The position numbers and the translations under genes were made by a program. Shown piece by piece: positions 37,714 through 38,638 of a stretch of 38,638 nucleotides of DNA (the first letter of the stretch is position 1; every line of letters begins with the position of its first letter). Source of the stretch: an uncultured cyanobacterium (GTDB lineage: Bacteria > Cyanobacteriota > Cyanobacteriia > Leptolyngbyales > Leptolyngbyaceae); assembly GCA_963766075.1 (NCBI GenBank), contig CAVYAN010000071.1, forward strand, positions 1 to 38,638, in the 5' to 3' direction. Under the pieces are notes generated by a model, which was not told where the DNA came from, searched no databases, and saw only the letters and a program-made list of their open reading frames with translations.

Positions 37714-38490
37714 TTAACTCCCAGGCCGCCGAAGCCAACGGCCAAAGGCAGGCAACTGAGGCTCCCGGGAGGACGGTGCATCAGTCCGAGGTGGGAGAGG
37801 TGCAGGTCGATTTAGGGGCCGCATCCCCTCTGGTGAGTGCATCTCCAAGGGGTTCCGCTCTACAGGGTTCCGCTCCAAGGGTTTCCGCGTCGTGGATGGC
37901 GGAAAAATCGGTGAAACCGCAGGGCGCACTGGAGCTACTACACGGGCGCGTCGAGGCCGCCGCAGGCGATAGTAAGCAGAACCTAGCCAATCGGAGAGGG
38001 AGTGGCTAATGGCTCCCAATTCCAGACCAATCAGAACGGCCAGCCAGTGAGAAAAATCCTGCTGGAGCGACTGACCCACCCACTGACTACTGAAGCTGAG
38101 GCCCTGCTGTAAAACCTGATGCCAACCGGGTAACCGACTCAGAAGATAGGCCACGATCGCCCCGCCTAAGGCGATCGCTAATCCGCCCAAGCTCAGCCAT
38201 ACCAGGAGATAAAGCACCCGACCGACCGTTCCCACCAGAGGTCCATGGGACCAAAACGAGCGATGTCGCAGATGTCGCCGATAGGGCAACCAAATCCAGC
38301 GGAGCGGTCCCCATCGTTGGTACTGTCGCGAATAAATATCTAAATCTGGCCCAAACATGAGGCCACTGAACAGATAGCCCCCAGACACCAGCAGGGTTAG
38401 AGTCCCGTTGCCCGTTCGCTCAAAAGCAACTCCGACGACAAGGGGCAACGTCCAGAGGGTAATGCTGTCATGGCGACGACCAGAGGGCAT
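37714..38490 (-). CDS. Metal-binding membrane protein, probable DUF2227 family
   Basis: MPSGRRHD, FGPDLD, RWGPLRWIWLPY, HRSFWSHGP, SHSLSDW; low-complexity tail with 15-bp repeats (RKPLE-RNPVE-RNPLE). Confidence 0.82.
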   Translation of the reverse strand: MPSGRRHDSITLWTLPLVVGVAFERTGNGTLTLLVSGGYLFSGLMFGPDLDIYSRQYQRWGPLRWIWLPYRRHLRHRSFWSHGPLVGTVGRVLYLLVWLSLGGLAIALGGAIVAYLLSRLPGWHQVLQQGLSFSSQWVGQSLQQDFSHWLAVLIGLELGAISHSLSDWLGSAYYRLRRPRRARVVAPVRPAVSPIFPPSTTRKPLERNPVERNPLEMHSPEGMRPLNRPAPLPPRTDAPSSREPQLPAFGRWLRRPGS

Positions 38491-38638
38491 GGGCAACCAG
38501 GGAAAAAAGGGATTGATACATCAACAAATATACTGTTCACCTATTCCATAAAAACTGGGAAGGTCGGGAGCGAATCGTCCGGATTAATGTTCCGAGGCTA
38601 TGAATACTGATAAGCAATAGTTTATCTGCTCATCCCCA

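Larger units (their letters stand above)
1134..38178. repeat. Dispersed HIP1 octamer GCGATCGC
   Basis: Dozens of copies seen by eye, e.g. 1134, 2442, 4630, 10242, 12221, 15693, 30241, 34214, 37021, 38171; under one copy would be expected by chance for a given 8-mer in 38.6 kb. Confidence 0.95.

Noticed and set aside
87..38314. Numerous other 60-176 aa ORFs in the six-frame track
   Set aside because: Antisense or out-of-frame shadows of well-supported genes, with no motifs.

Overview
Chromosomal window of a cyanobacterium: dozens of HIP1 GCGATCGC octamers, petM, a ferrochelatase with a C-terminal CAB/HLIP domain, and the asd-dapA-rnj and tig-clpP-clpX clusters. No rRNA, tRNA, CRISPR array, IS element or prophage was seen. 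About 37 CDSs are supported, including two that the ORF track does not list (5' part of rnj, petM), a probable 44-aa membrane protein and a frameshift-split alpha/beta hydrolase. Best leads: (1) a cyanuric acid hydrolase (AtzD/barbiturase family) gene directly upstream of a MatB-like malonyl-CoA synthetase and divergent from an MFS transporter; (2) a DUF4278 protein with a PirA-like C-terminus whose promoter carries a perfect NtcA box overlapping the -10 element; (3) a divergent desaturase / CFA-like methyltransferase (Glu-to-Cys change in the active-site motif) / hydrolase lipid-modification locus; (4) a small protein made of eight nonapeptide repeats with Ser at nearly every third residue; (5) a MerR-type long-spacer promoter ahead of merR, a glutaredoxin-MauE gene and a two-component pair; (6) a shared REP-like repeat family and many unrelated 12-20 bp tandem duplications in intergenic DNA. 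All family assignments come from motif recognition by eye; no database search was run.
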